Shown here in pieces: positions 1-7,950 of a stretch of 32,000 nt of DNA. The stretch comes from Candidatus Lokiarchaeum ossiferum (GTDB taxonomy: Archaea; Asgardarchaeota; Lokiarchaeia; Sigyniarchaeales; Promethearchaeaceae): NCBI GenBank assembly GCA_025839675.1, contig CP104013.1:5760001-5792000 (forward strand), read 5' to 3'. The stretch's first letter is position 1; every line of letters begins with the position of its first letter. Both the position numbers and the translations under genes were made by a program. Under the pieces are notes generated by a model. That model made no database searches, was not told the DNA's origin, and saw only the letters and a program-made list of their open reading frames with translations.

Positions 1-1
1 T

Positions 2-379
2 GAAATTGCATTGAATAGATTCAGTCAATATTCCGAACAAGAAAAAAAAAAGAAAGAGAAAGTGCTTCAAATTCAAGCAAAAAGAATTTATGATGATTTG
101 CAGAAGATACTTTTTTCAAACGACCAAAATATAGATGATTCAAAATATTCACTTGTATTTAATGAAATTACTCCATTAGTGACAAAATTAGGCTTTATAT
201 TCGACACAGAATTCATTTCTGATGATGATTATATATCTTTCTTCAATATAGATAATAAGTATATTTTAAAAAGGTCTGGAGTTCATTATCTTTCTAATAA
301 AGAAGATATAGATAAAAGACAATTTCTCAAAGATTTAAAAGATTATTGGAAAGAAAAAATTGAGTTAGATATAAGTTAA
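2..379 (+). CDS. hypothetical protein, probably 5'-truncated by the window edge
   Basis: The frame of track ORF 11..379 stays open back to nt 2 (E-I-A before the TTG at 11). Lys/Asp-rich, no recognisable motif. TAA stop at 377-379. Confidence 0.45.
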   Translation, partial: EIALNRFSQYSEQEKKKKEKVLQIQAKRIYDDLQKILFSNDQNIDDSKYSLVFNEITPLVTKLGFIFDTEFISDDDYISFFNIDNKYILKRSGVHYLSNKEDIDKRQFLKDLKDYWKEKIELDIS

Positions 380-386
380 TTTATAT

Positions 387-563
387 TTAATTCTCTCCTT
401 TCATTGGTCGAATTTTTGCACCCATTTCTAATAATCTACGTCTAACAGTGGATTTTCCAATACTCATAATTTTAGGGAATGAATCCATCCCTATCTTCTT
501 TTCAATGTATAAGCATTTGATTTCCTTATCTTTTCATTCTTTTTCTGCCAAATAAAACTCCAT
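387..563 (-). pseudogene. short helix-turn-helix-like remnant with one in-frame TGA
   Basis: My minus-strand translation: MEFYLAEKE-[TGA]-KDKEIKCLYIEKKIGMDSFPKIMSIGKSTVRRRLLEMGAKIRPMKGEN-stop. The segment SIGKSTVRRRL resembles the recognition helix of resolvase/transposase-type HTH domains. Too short for the 60-aa track cutoff. Confidence 0.25.
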
Positions 564-699
564 TTTCCATTGCTCTATCTTATTACTATTGAGAATCTGG
601 TTCCCCTGCAATAACCAAGAAATATTTTTGGTGATACATTATGATAAGAACATGATAAATAAAAGTAAAGTTCCGAGACTGAGGGGTTGTGAATTTATT

Positions 700-718
700 T
701 GATAGCAATTTGCTATCA
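700..718. promoter_or_regulatory. perfect 19-bp palindrome TGATAGCAA-T-TTGCTATCA upstream of the HEPN gene
   Basis: 9-bp perfect arms around one central base. Lies 62 bp upstream of the TTG at 780 and ~130 bp upstream of the first ATG (846). Confidence 0.35.
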
Positions 719-779
719 CTTTTGTAAGTAAATAATCCCTTCTATTTAACAAATGTATAAAACTAGATCATAAGAAATA

Positions 780-2051
780 TTGAGCTATTTTAAAAATAGT
801 CTCAAAAAGAAAAACAAATATTTGCTAATATCTAATATTGTTATTATGTCAAAATCTGGAAATTTTGAAAATAAGGATGTAGAAGATTTATTCAATATAT
901 TATGTAGTGAATATTCTCGAATAAATAAAATTATTGAAGACCAACCACCTTGTAGTAATCCTCCTCCAAATTTTGAACAGTTTAAGATTCTCCTGGATCA
1001 TAATGTATTGTTTAAATATGGTCAGTTGGAAGTGATGCAGTTTCATCCAGAGATTTTTCAAATTTTGAAGAAAATATTCCTCGAATTTAATGAGGATTTA
1101 CATGTAGGCTTTTCGCTTGATTATTATGCTTATAAGATTAAAATTGGGTCACTATACAATAAAATTGTTCAAGAGACCTTTATTGTATGGAAATTTTTTT
1201 TTAATCAATTTAAATCTAAATTGCATGAAATAATCAAAGATTGGCGCTCTGATTTTAATGAATTAGAAATGGATATCTCGATTATACTCCCTCTAAAAGG
1301 CTTTTATCTTAATAAAAAGGAAATTACACCTTTCATAATTATATCTGATGACAATTCTACAGCAATTTTTCAAAATATACCCAATTATAGTGTTTACACA
1401 AACAGAATATTGATTGATAGATCATCTCTTAAATTTGGATTGGATGGAATCTCAAACCAATTTTCACCTTATTGTATTCTAATAAAATCTAAAATTCCAT
1501 TCGATGTACTAAAACGAGATGAAAGTGGTAAATTTTTTATGGGAGTAGATCATCCTGAAAATCCGATTAAAATATGGGAACATGTGAAACATTTTGTACA
1601 AGTATTAGCACTTGAAGGAAATCCAATAAAATTTGGAAAACCTTTTTACCACTTTCCATGGTGGATATCTAAAAGAATCATAAATTTGATGAAATTTATG
1701 TATCCTGACTGGATTGACTCACAGTTTTTTATAAATCATGAATATAGCGAGATTGTACCTGATTATTATACATTTAATAATGATATGCATAATTATAATC
1801 GAGATTATATATTTTATTCAATCGAAAATAATCCACGACTCAAAAAGGATATGATTTCTCAATACTCATCTAATATATTAGATCCTACTGAAATTTTTGC
1901 TAATGAGTTATCTAAGAAAATTTCTCAACCATGTGATTTTGATCATATAAAGGAAATCTGGTATTGCTTAACTAATTATAATCAAAATATCAATTTCTCA
2001 AAATCAGAATTTCTACTACACTCTCTCCTTAGAATTGGTTCAAAAACTTAA
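780..2051 (+). CDS. N-terminal portion of an Apea-like HEPN protein; ends at TAA-ATA-TAA and continues in the same frame as 2058..2510
   Basis: 423-codon ORF in track (TTG start; first ATG at 846). Same frame (mod 3 = 0) as the downstream HEPN ORF. The C-terminal end ...SEFLLHSLLRIGSKT runs straight into the first HEPN helix. Confidence 0.6.
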   Translation: MSYFKNSLKKKNKYLLISNIVIMSKSGNFENKDVEDLFNILCSEYSRINKIIEDQPPCSNPPPNFEQFKILLDHNVLFKYGQLEVMQFHPEIFQILKKIFLEFNEDLHVGFSLDYYAYKIKIGSLYNKIVQETFIVWKFFFNQFKSKLHEIIKDWRSDFNELEMDISIILPLKGFYLNKKEITPFIIISDDNSTAIFQNIPNYSVYTNRILIDRSSLKFGLDGISNQFSPYCILIKSKIPFDVLKRDESGKFFMGVDHPENPIKIWEHVKHFVQVLALEGNPIKFGKPFYHFPWWISKRIINLMKFMYPDWIDSQFFINHEYSEIVPDYYTFNNDMHNYNRDYIFYSIENNPRLKKDMISQYSSNILDPTEIFANELSKKISQPCDFDHIKEIWYCLTNYNQNINFSKSEFLLHSLLRIGSKT

Positions 2052-2057
2052 ATATAA

Positions 2058-2510
2058 GATGTTGTACTTCATGTTTGTCTTCTTCTTGAAGGAATGTTTT
2101 TGGCTGGAATTGAAGATGAATTGACTTACCGGCTAAAATTGAATGCGGCTTCATTATTATCATCAAATTTTGAAGAATTTGAAAGTGAAATGGAATTTTT
2201 TGGCTTGCTCTATGGATTGAGAAGTCAAATAATTCATGGTACTCCTAATTGGAAGATCTCCAATAAATCAACAACTAAATATAAAAAATTTATATCTCAC
2301 TTCCAATTAAAGGGTCTTTCTGAATTATACTCACTAGAAAATCCCTATAATATGAGAGTTTTAGAATATAATCTAAAATTGCAACTCTACCAGAAAATGT
2401 GCAAAATTTTAAAATTATTGATTAAAGGTGATATTGATTATAAATGCAGTTTTAAAAATGCGGGATTTTTAAAAGAATTTCTTAAGAAATATAAATCAAT
2501 ATTACGGTAA
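2058..2510 (+). CDS. HEPN domain (Rx4H) portion, probably the C-terminal half of one gene with 780..2051
   Basis: DVVLHVCLLLEGMFLAGIEDELTYRLKLNAASLL...LYGLRSQIIHG, with R at 2220-2222 and H at 2235-2237 giving the Rx4H HEPN motif. The track ATG at 2094 would cut off part of helix 1, which begins at 2058 right after the second TAA. Confidence 0.6.
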   Translation, partial: DVVLHVCLLLEGMFLAGIEDELTYRLKLNAASLLSSNFEEFESEMEFFGLLYGLRSQIIHGTPNWKISNKSTTKYKKFISHFQLKGLSELYSLENPYNMRVLEYNLKLQLYQKMCKILKLLIKGDIDYKCSFKNAGFLKEFLKKYKSILR

Positions 2511-2555
2511 AACAATTAGAAAATCAAAAAGAATAGCCAATATCAAAACAGAATC

Positions 2556-2579
2556 ACTTCTGGAAAATATTTCAGAAGT
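2556..2579 (+). terminator. hairpin plus T-rich tail downstream of the HEPN gene
   Basis: CTTCTGGAA-AATA-TTTCAGAAG: about 9-10 bp of stem including one G-U pair and a 4-nt loop. Followed by tcattttggttttt. Lies 46 nt after the stop at 2510. Confidence 0.35.
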
Positions 2580-3059
2580 TTCATTTTGGTTTTTAATATT
2601 CCTTAGAGGTAAAATTTTATTTAAGTTCCTCTATCCAGAAAAAAGGGTTCCTGTATTCTTGAGAAGTAGCAATTTTTCCCAGATCCATTTTCAATTATCG
2701 AAATTGAAGGCTTCAAGTTTCTACATCATCAAGAATCCTATTCGGGCAAAATTTGGAAGTCCATATCTGAAAAATCCTTACAGAAAGTTCATAAAAATGC
2801 TTTCGAGGTTAAATCTCCTTCTATGGAGAATCAAAAACGAAATGAAGAGTGTCAAAGAAAAAATGAAATTAATTTTTTGTTGAAACATATGCAAAAATCT
2901 TAATAGAATTGACTAGGGAGGGTTTTAATAAAAAAAATTTCTTAGAATATCCTCGGAAATCGGGAGGAAATGACTGGTCCTTTCAATACTTTTTTTGCTA
3001 TTTGTCTAAGTTGATTTGATAGGGGATTTCATTTTTATAGTATTATCGCTAACAAGTAA

Positions 3060-4061
3060 TTGAGAAACGTGAATCTAGAAGACAATTCGTTGGTATTGAT
3101 TTTAAAAGAAAAACAAAGTGATTATTATCATTCACTAATAAAGGTTTATCAAAATTCCAAGGAATATCTAATGCAATATATCCGATATCTCCCCGATTTT
3201 ACTGATCATTCTATTATCCATTCAGATAATGTACTGAAGATTATCACCCTAATGCTTGAAAAGAGTGGGCATCTTCAAGAAATCGTTCCTGAAGAAATTT
3301 ATGTTTTATGTTGTGCAACTATTCTTCATGATATTGGTATGGGTGTTCCGGATGAGTTTATAGAGAATCACAAAGAATCTTTACATAATTATAATAATGA
3401 AGATGTTCTCTCAAATCGAAGAACATTTCATCATGTTCTTAGTAAAATGCTAATTCAAGAAGAATGGGAGAAACTAAAAATAATTGATGAAAAATTTGCA
3501 GAAGCGATTGGTTTGGTTGCTCAAGGTCATCGGAAAGTGAATTTAAACAATTTTTACGAGTATAATCCAAGACAAATTGTCTCAAGCGGGGTGAATTATG
3601 TAAATCTTCCATATTTATCTTGGATATTAAGACTTGGTGATGAATTAGATTTAACTAATAATAGATTGAATGAATTGGTGCTATATCATTATCCTCCTCC
3701 AACCTCAATAGGAGAAACGGAAATAAATAAACATAGAGGCACATTCCTGCTCCATTTTGGGGAGAAGTATATTACTATTGAAGCGAAAACTTCCGATCGG
3801 GGAATTTACCATTCTTTAAAGACGCATCATAAAAAAATAGGTCAATTATTAAAAGATTTTCATAAAACAATCACCTCATTTCCTACCCCAAATAATTATT
3901 GCTATGATTTCCCTTATATTTATGTAGAATCGAAAATAGTTCCTCTGAATTTTACTCCTATGGATATTGGGTTTTCTGTGAACAACAATGCTCTTTTTAA
4001 ATATTTCATAAATGCACAAATGTATTCCAAATCAATATTCGCTGTTCGAGAATGCGTTTAA
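3060..4061 (+). CDS. HD-domain phosphohydrolase portion; ends at an in-frame TAA inside the N-box of the following GHKL ATPase domain
   Basis: H...HS..V (TDHSIIHSDNV) and ILHDIGM motifs typical of the HD superfamily. The last residues SIFAVRECV are the start of the Bergerat-fold motif I. Confidence 0.65.
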   Translation: MRNVNLEDNSLVLILKEKQSDYYHSLIKVYQNSKEYLMQYIRYLPDFTDHSIIHSDNVLKIITLMLEKSGHLQEIVPEEIYVLCCATILHDIGMGVPDEFIENHKESLHNYNNEDVLSNRRTFHHVLSKMLIQEEWEKLKIIDEKFAEAIGLVAQGHRKVNLNNFYEYNPRQIVSSGVNYVNLPYLSWILRLGDELDLTNNRLNELVLYHYPPPTSIGETEINKHRGTFLLHFGEKYITIEAKTSDRGIYHSLKTHHKKIGQLLKDFHKTITSFPTPNNYCYDFPYIYVESKIVPLNFTPMDIGFSVNNNALFKYFINAQMYSKSIFAVRECV

Positions 4062-5636
4062 AATGCAATTGAAGCATGTAGAATCCAAAAATTCAATCAA
4101 AATGACCGATATTCGCCAGAAATTACCATTAAGTTAACAGAAAATATTTTAGAAATCTCTGATAATGGCGTTGGAATGGATATTGATGATATTCAAAATG
4201 AATTTGCTTGTTTGGGCGAGAGCCATTTTAGAAGATATAAAATAGCGCATCCGAAGTATCAAAATGGAATCTCATTATTTGGAGTTGGAGTTTTCTCTTA
4301 TTTCATGGTCGCTGATTCCTTCGAAGTAAGGACACGCAAACGAAATGGTAAGTTTTATAAATTTCAAATTTCAAAGGATTTTTTCAATGATTTCTATTTC
4401 TTTAATGAAAACGAAACCGATTTCACTGGAACTTCGATAAAATTTAATTTAAGCAAACATTTTTGTCAGGAATTTTCTAAAATCGAGGATTTTTTAAATT
4501 TTCTAACAAAATATTTTCGCTTAGTTAAAATCCCTATATACTTTGATCTTGAATCAAACCGAAGGAGAATATCTCAACGAAATTTCTTCTTTTACCCTCT
4601 AAAAACAAAATGCATGACAGAAAACAATTCTAAAGTTGCTGAACAATTAATTAAAATGGAAAATATGGTTAGTCTCAAACCATTTACTGCTCCAAATTAT
4701 AAAGGTACCATTTTTTATTCAAAAAAAAACACCCGAAATACTCTTTCATATCCAAAAATTCAATATTTCTTCAAGAATATTTTTATAAAAGAAGTAACCC
4801 TTGAAAACCTTTTATTACCATTTTATTGTATTGGTAAAATTAACATTTATGATGTTAAAGTATTAACTCTAAATCGAAATAATATGTGGGATGCAAAGTT
4901 TGAAACCAAAATTCAGTCGAAAGTTCTTGAAGAAATATTCAAATCGGTTCCTGTAAATCGATATGTTTCATCCAAAAACTTTTGTTCGCAGTTTGTAAAT
5001 CGATCTGATTTTAAACCTTCATTAGTAAAGGTCTATGAACTTAACACAAATGACACGATTTATCTTGAGTTATTGTTTTCCCGAATTATTTTTGATTTAA
5101 AACGAGAACCCATGTCTTTACTCCATTTATTAAAAGAGAGGAAAGCGAACTTCTTTTTCGAAGATGATCAACATGTACATTCCAACAGTTATTCCGATGA
5201 GGAAAGTTTTACACCCCAAATAATTTTGAAAAAAAAACAGATTTCTAAGTATATATTAGTTCTAATTCTGCTAACTTCAAGATTTCAAATGACGAGAGAT
5301 GTGAAAGGTTCGATTGTCCTAAAAATATTACATTTTCCTTCACGGGATACCAAGATGATGATCAATTCTGAAGAAAAATATATTCTTGCAACTAAATTTG
5401 ATGAAAGTGACATTCTTTTTCATTTTGGGAATGGGATTTTGTTTTTAAATACCCATTATGGAGATCGAAGGATGAAAAAAAATATTACGACTATAGCTAC
5501 AAACAAAGGAGCGGTTGCGTATCTTCTAAATAATTTTGATACGCTTGAAAGGGAATACTTTTCAAAATCTCGATACCAGCTCTTTAAATCAGTCGCCGAG
5601 AAAATCAAATCATTTTTTTTGGTTAAAGGCCAATAG
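4062..5636 (+). CDS. GHKL/Bergerat-fold (HATPase_c_3 / sacsin-MORC-like) ATPase portion, same frame as 3060..4061
   Basis: Directly after the TAA the frame reads NAIEAC (rest of the N-box E-x3-N-A-x-D/E-A). Then SDNGVGMD (G1 box) and FGVGVFSYFMVAD (G2 box). The track ORF starts only at the M of GVGMD (4176), in the middle of the ATP-binding domain. TAG stop at 5634. Confidence 0.65.
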   Translation, partial: NAIEACRIQKFNQNDRYSPEITIKLTENILEISDNGVGMDIDDIQNEFACLGESHFRRYKIAHPKYQNGISLFGVGVFSYFMVADSFEVRTRKRNGKFYKFQISKDFFNDFYFFNENETDFTGTSIKFNLSKHFCQEFSKIEDFLNFLTKYFRLVKIPIYFDLESNRRRISQRNFFFYPLKTKCMTENNSKVAEQLIKMENMVSLKPFTAPNYKGTIFYSKKNTRNTLSYPKIQYFFKNIFIKEVTLENLLLPFYCIGKINIYDVKVLTLNRNNMWDAKFETKIQSKVLEEIFKSVPVNRYVSSKNFCSQFVNRSDFKPSLVKVYELNTNDTIYLELLFSRIIFDLKREPMSLLHLLKERKANFFFEDDQHVHSNSYSDEESFTPQIILKKKQISKYILVLILLTSRFQMTRDVKGSIVLKILHFPSRDTKMMINSEEKYILATKFDESDILFHFGNGILFLNTHYGDRRMKKNITTIATNKGAVAYLLNNFDTLEREYFSKSRYQLFKSVAEKIKSFFLVKGQ

Positions 5637-5682
5637 TTTCTTTTTTTCTGGTTACTTTCAATGTCAATTTATTCAGCAAACG

Positions 5683-5880
5683 GAATATAATAGGAAAGGA
5701 TTATTGGTTAAATATGACATTTCAACTATAACCAATGGCCAACTTGCCTTTAATCGCGTCTGGATAATCGATCAACCCGCCGCAATTCCAGGGATACCTT
5801 CCTATTTACTACTATGTGTGGCGGGATGTACAATACTCATCATCCAGGTTAAAAAAAGACACCGATCGAAAAGTACTTAG
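5683..5880 (+). pseudogene. 3' remnant of a surface-protein gene (C-terminal TM anchor, PGF-CTERM-like tail)
   Basis: Only the last ~65 codons of track ORF 5536..5880 look protein-like: ...LVKYDISTITNGQLAFNRVWIIDQPAAIPGIPSYLLLCVAGCTILIIQVKKRHRSKST-stop. There is no matching upstream body. Local GC rises (hand count 45% for 5761-5820). Confidence 0.3.
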
Positions 5881-5948
5881 TCGCTTGAAAAAATCTATAA
5901 AGCCCTTCATTTATTCAGTTAAAAGAGTCCTTAGAAAATGAAATGATT

Positions 5949-6170
5949 TCAATGTTGCTGCTTAGATGGATCACTCTCAGCTGATTTTAATATTCCGCTC
6001 TGATCTTTATCCTTTTGGCACATTTTTACTAAAGATAGTTGCTCATCACACAGTAGGGAAATATTTTCCCATTGATATTCCGAAATGTTACCTTGCACAA
6101 AGTGTTGCCAAGCTTTTTCTTTGACACATCCATAATCCCCAAGATTGAATTTTTCTTTTGAAGATGTCAT
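5949..6170 (-). CDS. hypothetical small protein
   Basis: 73-codon ORF with no motif recognised. Isolated between other genes. Confidence 0.3.
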   Translation of the reverse strand: MTSSKEKFNLGDYGCVKEKAWQHFVQGNISEYQWENISLLCDEQLSLVKMCQKDKDQSGILKSAESDPSKQQH

Positions 6171-6277
6171 CCCGAAGTCACATGGTCCTCACATTTCTTT
6201 GTTTCATTTCACTTTTAAGCATTAAAATTTCAAAGTAAGTTAGGATTATTTAAATTGACGAAAAATAATGGCATATT

Positions 6278-6874
6278 ATGCCAAAAGAGAATATAATCAC
6301 AGAACAAATCGGATTGTTTAAAATTACTGAAAATGAGTTTTGGTTTAATTCTGAAGGGTTAGAGTACATTTATCCCATTCTCGAAGTCAATATTCTGATA
6401 GAAAGACCAAAATATGAAGGTCCATACTTAAAAATAATTTATAAAGATGGGAACAGACAACCGAAGAGTTTACAAGGATTCCACTCGAGAATAAGCGTCG
6501 CATTTGAGCGAGCGTATGATATTCATGAGAAAAGATTATATTTTAAATTAATTCAAGAATTATTATCTGAATTACAACCTAATGATGAAATCTTACTTGA
6601 AGAAGCCATCAAGATTGTGAGAGAAGAGTTTAAATTATTGAATTATAAAAGAAGACAAATTCAAGACCATCAGCGAAAACCAAGAAAAGAAATAAGAGAT
6701 AATTATTTTGAAACACTATTTCGTTTTATTGACTCCAATATTCCAGAATTTGAATATGTGAGGTTGAAGCGTACTATTAGAATTAAATCAGATATTTCAA
6801 AAGTCATAAAAGAAATAGACACATTATTCGAAGAATGGGAATCTAATCCTAAAAATTTCAAAAATAGAGAATAG
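6278..6874 (+). CDS. hypothetical protein
   Basis: 198-codon ORF with ATG start and TAG stop. Helical, charged C-terminal half. No motif recognised. Confidence 0.5.
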   Translation: MPKENIITEQIGLFKITENEFWFNSEGLEYIYPILEVNILIERPKYEGPYLKIIYKDGNRQPKSLQGFHSRISVAFERAYDIHEKRLYFKLIQELLSELQPNDEILLEEAIKIVREEFKLLNYKRRQIQDHQRKPRKEIRDNYFETLFRFIDSNIPEFEYVRLKRTIRIKSDISKVIKEIDTLFEEWESNPKNFKNRE

Positions 6875-7055
6875 TATGTGTTTATTTTATCAAAAATGTA
6901 TACTAATAATTATGACAAAAAAGTTTCAAAAGATTAGAAATTGACCAGAAACCAGGAATCATATTTTGTGACGCAATTCGATAAGAGAATGATCAAAAAA
7001 GATGGAAATCATAGGGTTCAAACCGGAAGGGATTTGCTTGAAAACTGAACATATC

Positions 7056-7073
7056 ACCCCATAGGGGTTTTTT
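7056..7073 (+). terminator. ACCCC-ATA-GGGGT hairpin followed by a T6 run
   Basis: 5-bp GC-rich stem (7056-7060 / 7064-7068), 3-nt loop, then tttttt. About 180 nt downstream of the 6278..6874 stop. Confidence 0.3.
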
Positions 7074-7350
7074 CTATTTTCTGTCCATATTTGCGCTTCT
7101 TAGAATCACTCCAAGAAATAATATCACGGGGGGTGATGAAATCACCTTATTGTCTAAATTACTCGCTAATCTCGGTATTTTCGTTACCATTTCTTAGCAA
7201 AATTAATTGGGAAACGAAATTGGTAGATATTTCGTGAGAAAGGATGACAAATTAACTATTTCTAGAGGGTTCGGAATCGAATAACGATAATCGGAACCGA
7301 AAAAAGTTTAAAAAAAGATTATTTCAGAGAAAAATCTAGTATAATGCAAA

Positions 7351-7450
7351 ATACTTAGCAATACGTAAACGTGTTCTATTTTGAGAAAAAACATTAGAAG
7401 TTCCCTAAAAATACCATAGTTTACTCTAATTTAAGTTAACCAAAGTTAAA
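7351..7450 (+). repeat. direct repeat copy 1 (~100 bp)
   Basis: Aligns without gaps to 7531-7630 at an offset of exactly 180 nt, 82/100 identical by hand alignment. Conserved core: CGTAAACGTGTTCTA ... AAGTTCCCTAAAAATAC-ATAGTTT-CTCTAAT. Confidence 0.8.
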
Positions 7451-7530
7451 TGTCATGAGTAGATTTGCTCATCCAAAAGGTCTAAAGAATTCCAATGGGA
7501 ATACTATAGTATTCTTAGTAAATGCGAGGT

Positions 7531-7630
7531 ATACTTAAGAAAGCGTAAACGTGTTCTAATTTGGGAAAAGAAAATACAAGTTCCCTAAAAATACAATAGT
7601 TTGCTCTAATCTAAATAAACGAAAGTTTAC
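7531..7630 (+). repeat. direct repeat copy 2 (~100 bp)
   Basis: See copy 1. Both copies are preceded by an AATGC-purine motif. GAGGTATAC occurs at 7526-7534 and again at 7642-7650. Confidence 0.8.
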
Positions 7631-7878
7631 CTACTTAAGATGAGGTATACCCATTCGAACCAAATGTAAACATTTCAAGCAAAACTGTTAAATAAGGGGT
7701 TTTCCTTATTATAGATAGTTTAAAAATAATTTGACCTATTGTACCCTTAACAATCATTTTTATAATTTATAGTAAACAGATAACATTCATACAGTTGTTT
7801 TCACAAAAAACGATCATATCGTTCTGTTATCTATGCTTATATGTAAAGAAATTGTTAAAAGAATAGGAAAAAAAATAT

Positions 7879-7950
7879 GGGCCAGTAGATTAATGGTATA
7901 TCACGTCCCAGTCAAGGATGATATTGTGGGTTCGACACCCACCTGGTCCA
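7879..7950 (+). tRNA. tRNA, anticodon GTC (Asp) by the standard 7-nt loop reading; atypical anticodon loop and Ala-like acceptor features
   Basis: Hand-folded cloverleaf. Acceptor GGGCCAG/CTGGTCC with G3-U70. D arm GATT-AATGGTA-TATC. Anticodon stem CGTCC/GGATG, loop CAGTCAA. Variable loop ATATT. T arm GTGGG-TTCGACA-CCCAC. Discriminator A. No encoded CCA. Confidence 0.75.

Noticed and set aside
2659-2883. Track ORF 2659..2883 (74 aa)
   Set aside because: TTG start, basic low-complexity sequence, no motif. It lies in the HEPN/HD intergenic spacer and is likely chance.
7133-7139. C/D-box sRNA suggested by GTGATGA (a C-box match)
   Set aside because: There is no CTGA D box or C'/D' pair at appropriate spacing downstream, and no terminal stem. 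The heptamer is better explained as part of the alternative hairpin.
7351-7630. CRISPR array (also considered for 21935-21997)
   Set aside because: There are only two diverged 100-bp copies, or three contiguous 21-bp units. Neither shows the repeat-spacer alternation with 25-40-bp repeats expected of CRISPR, and no cas genes are in the window.
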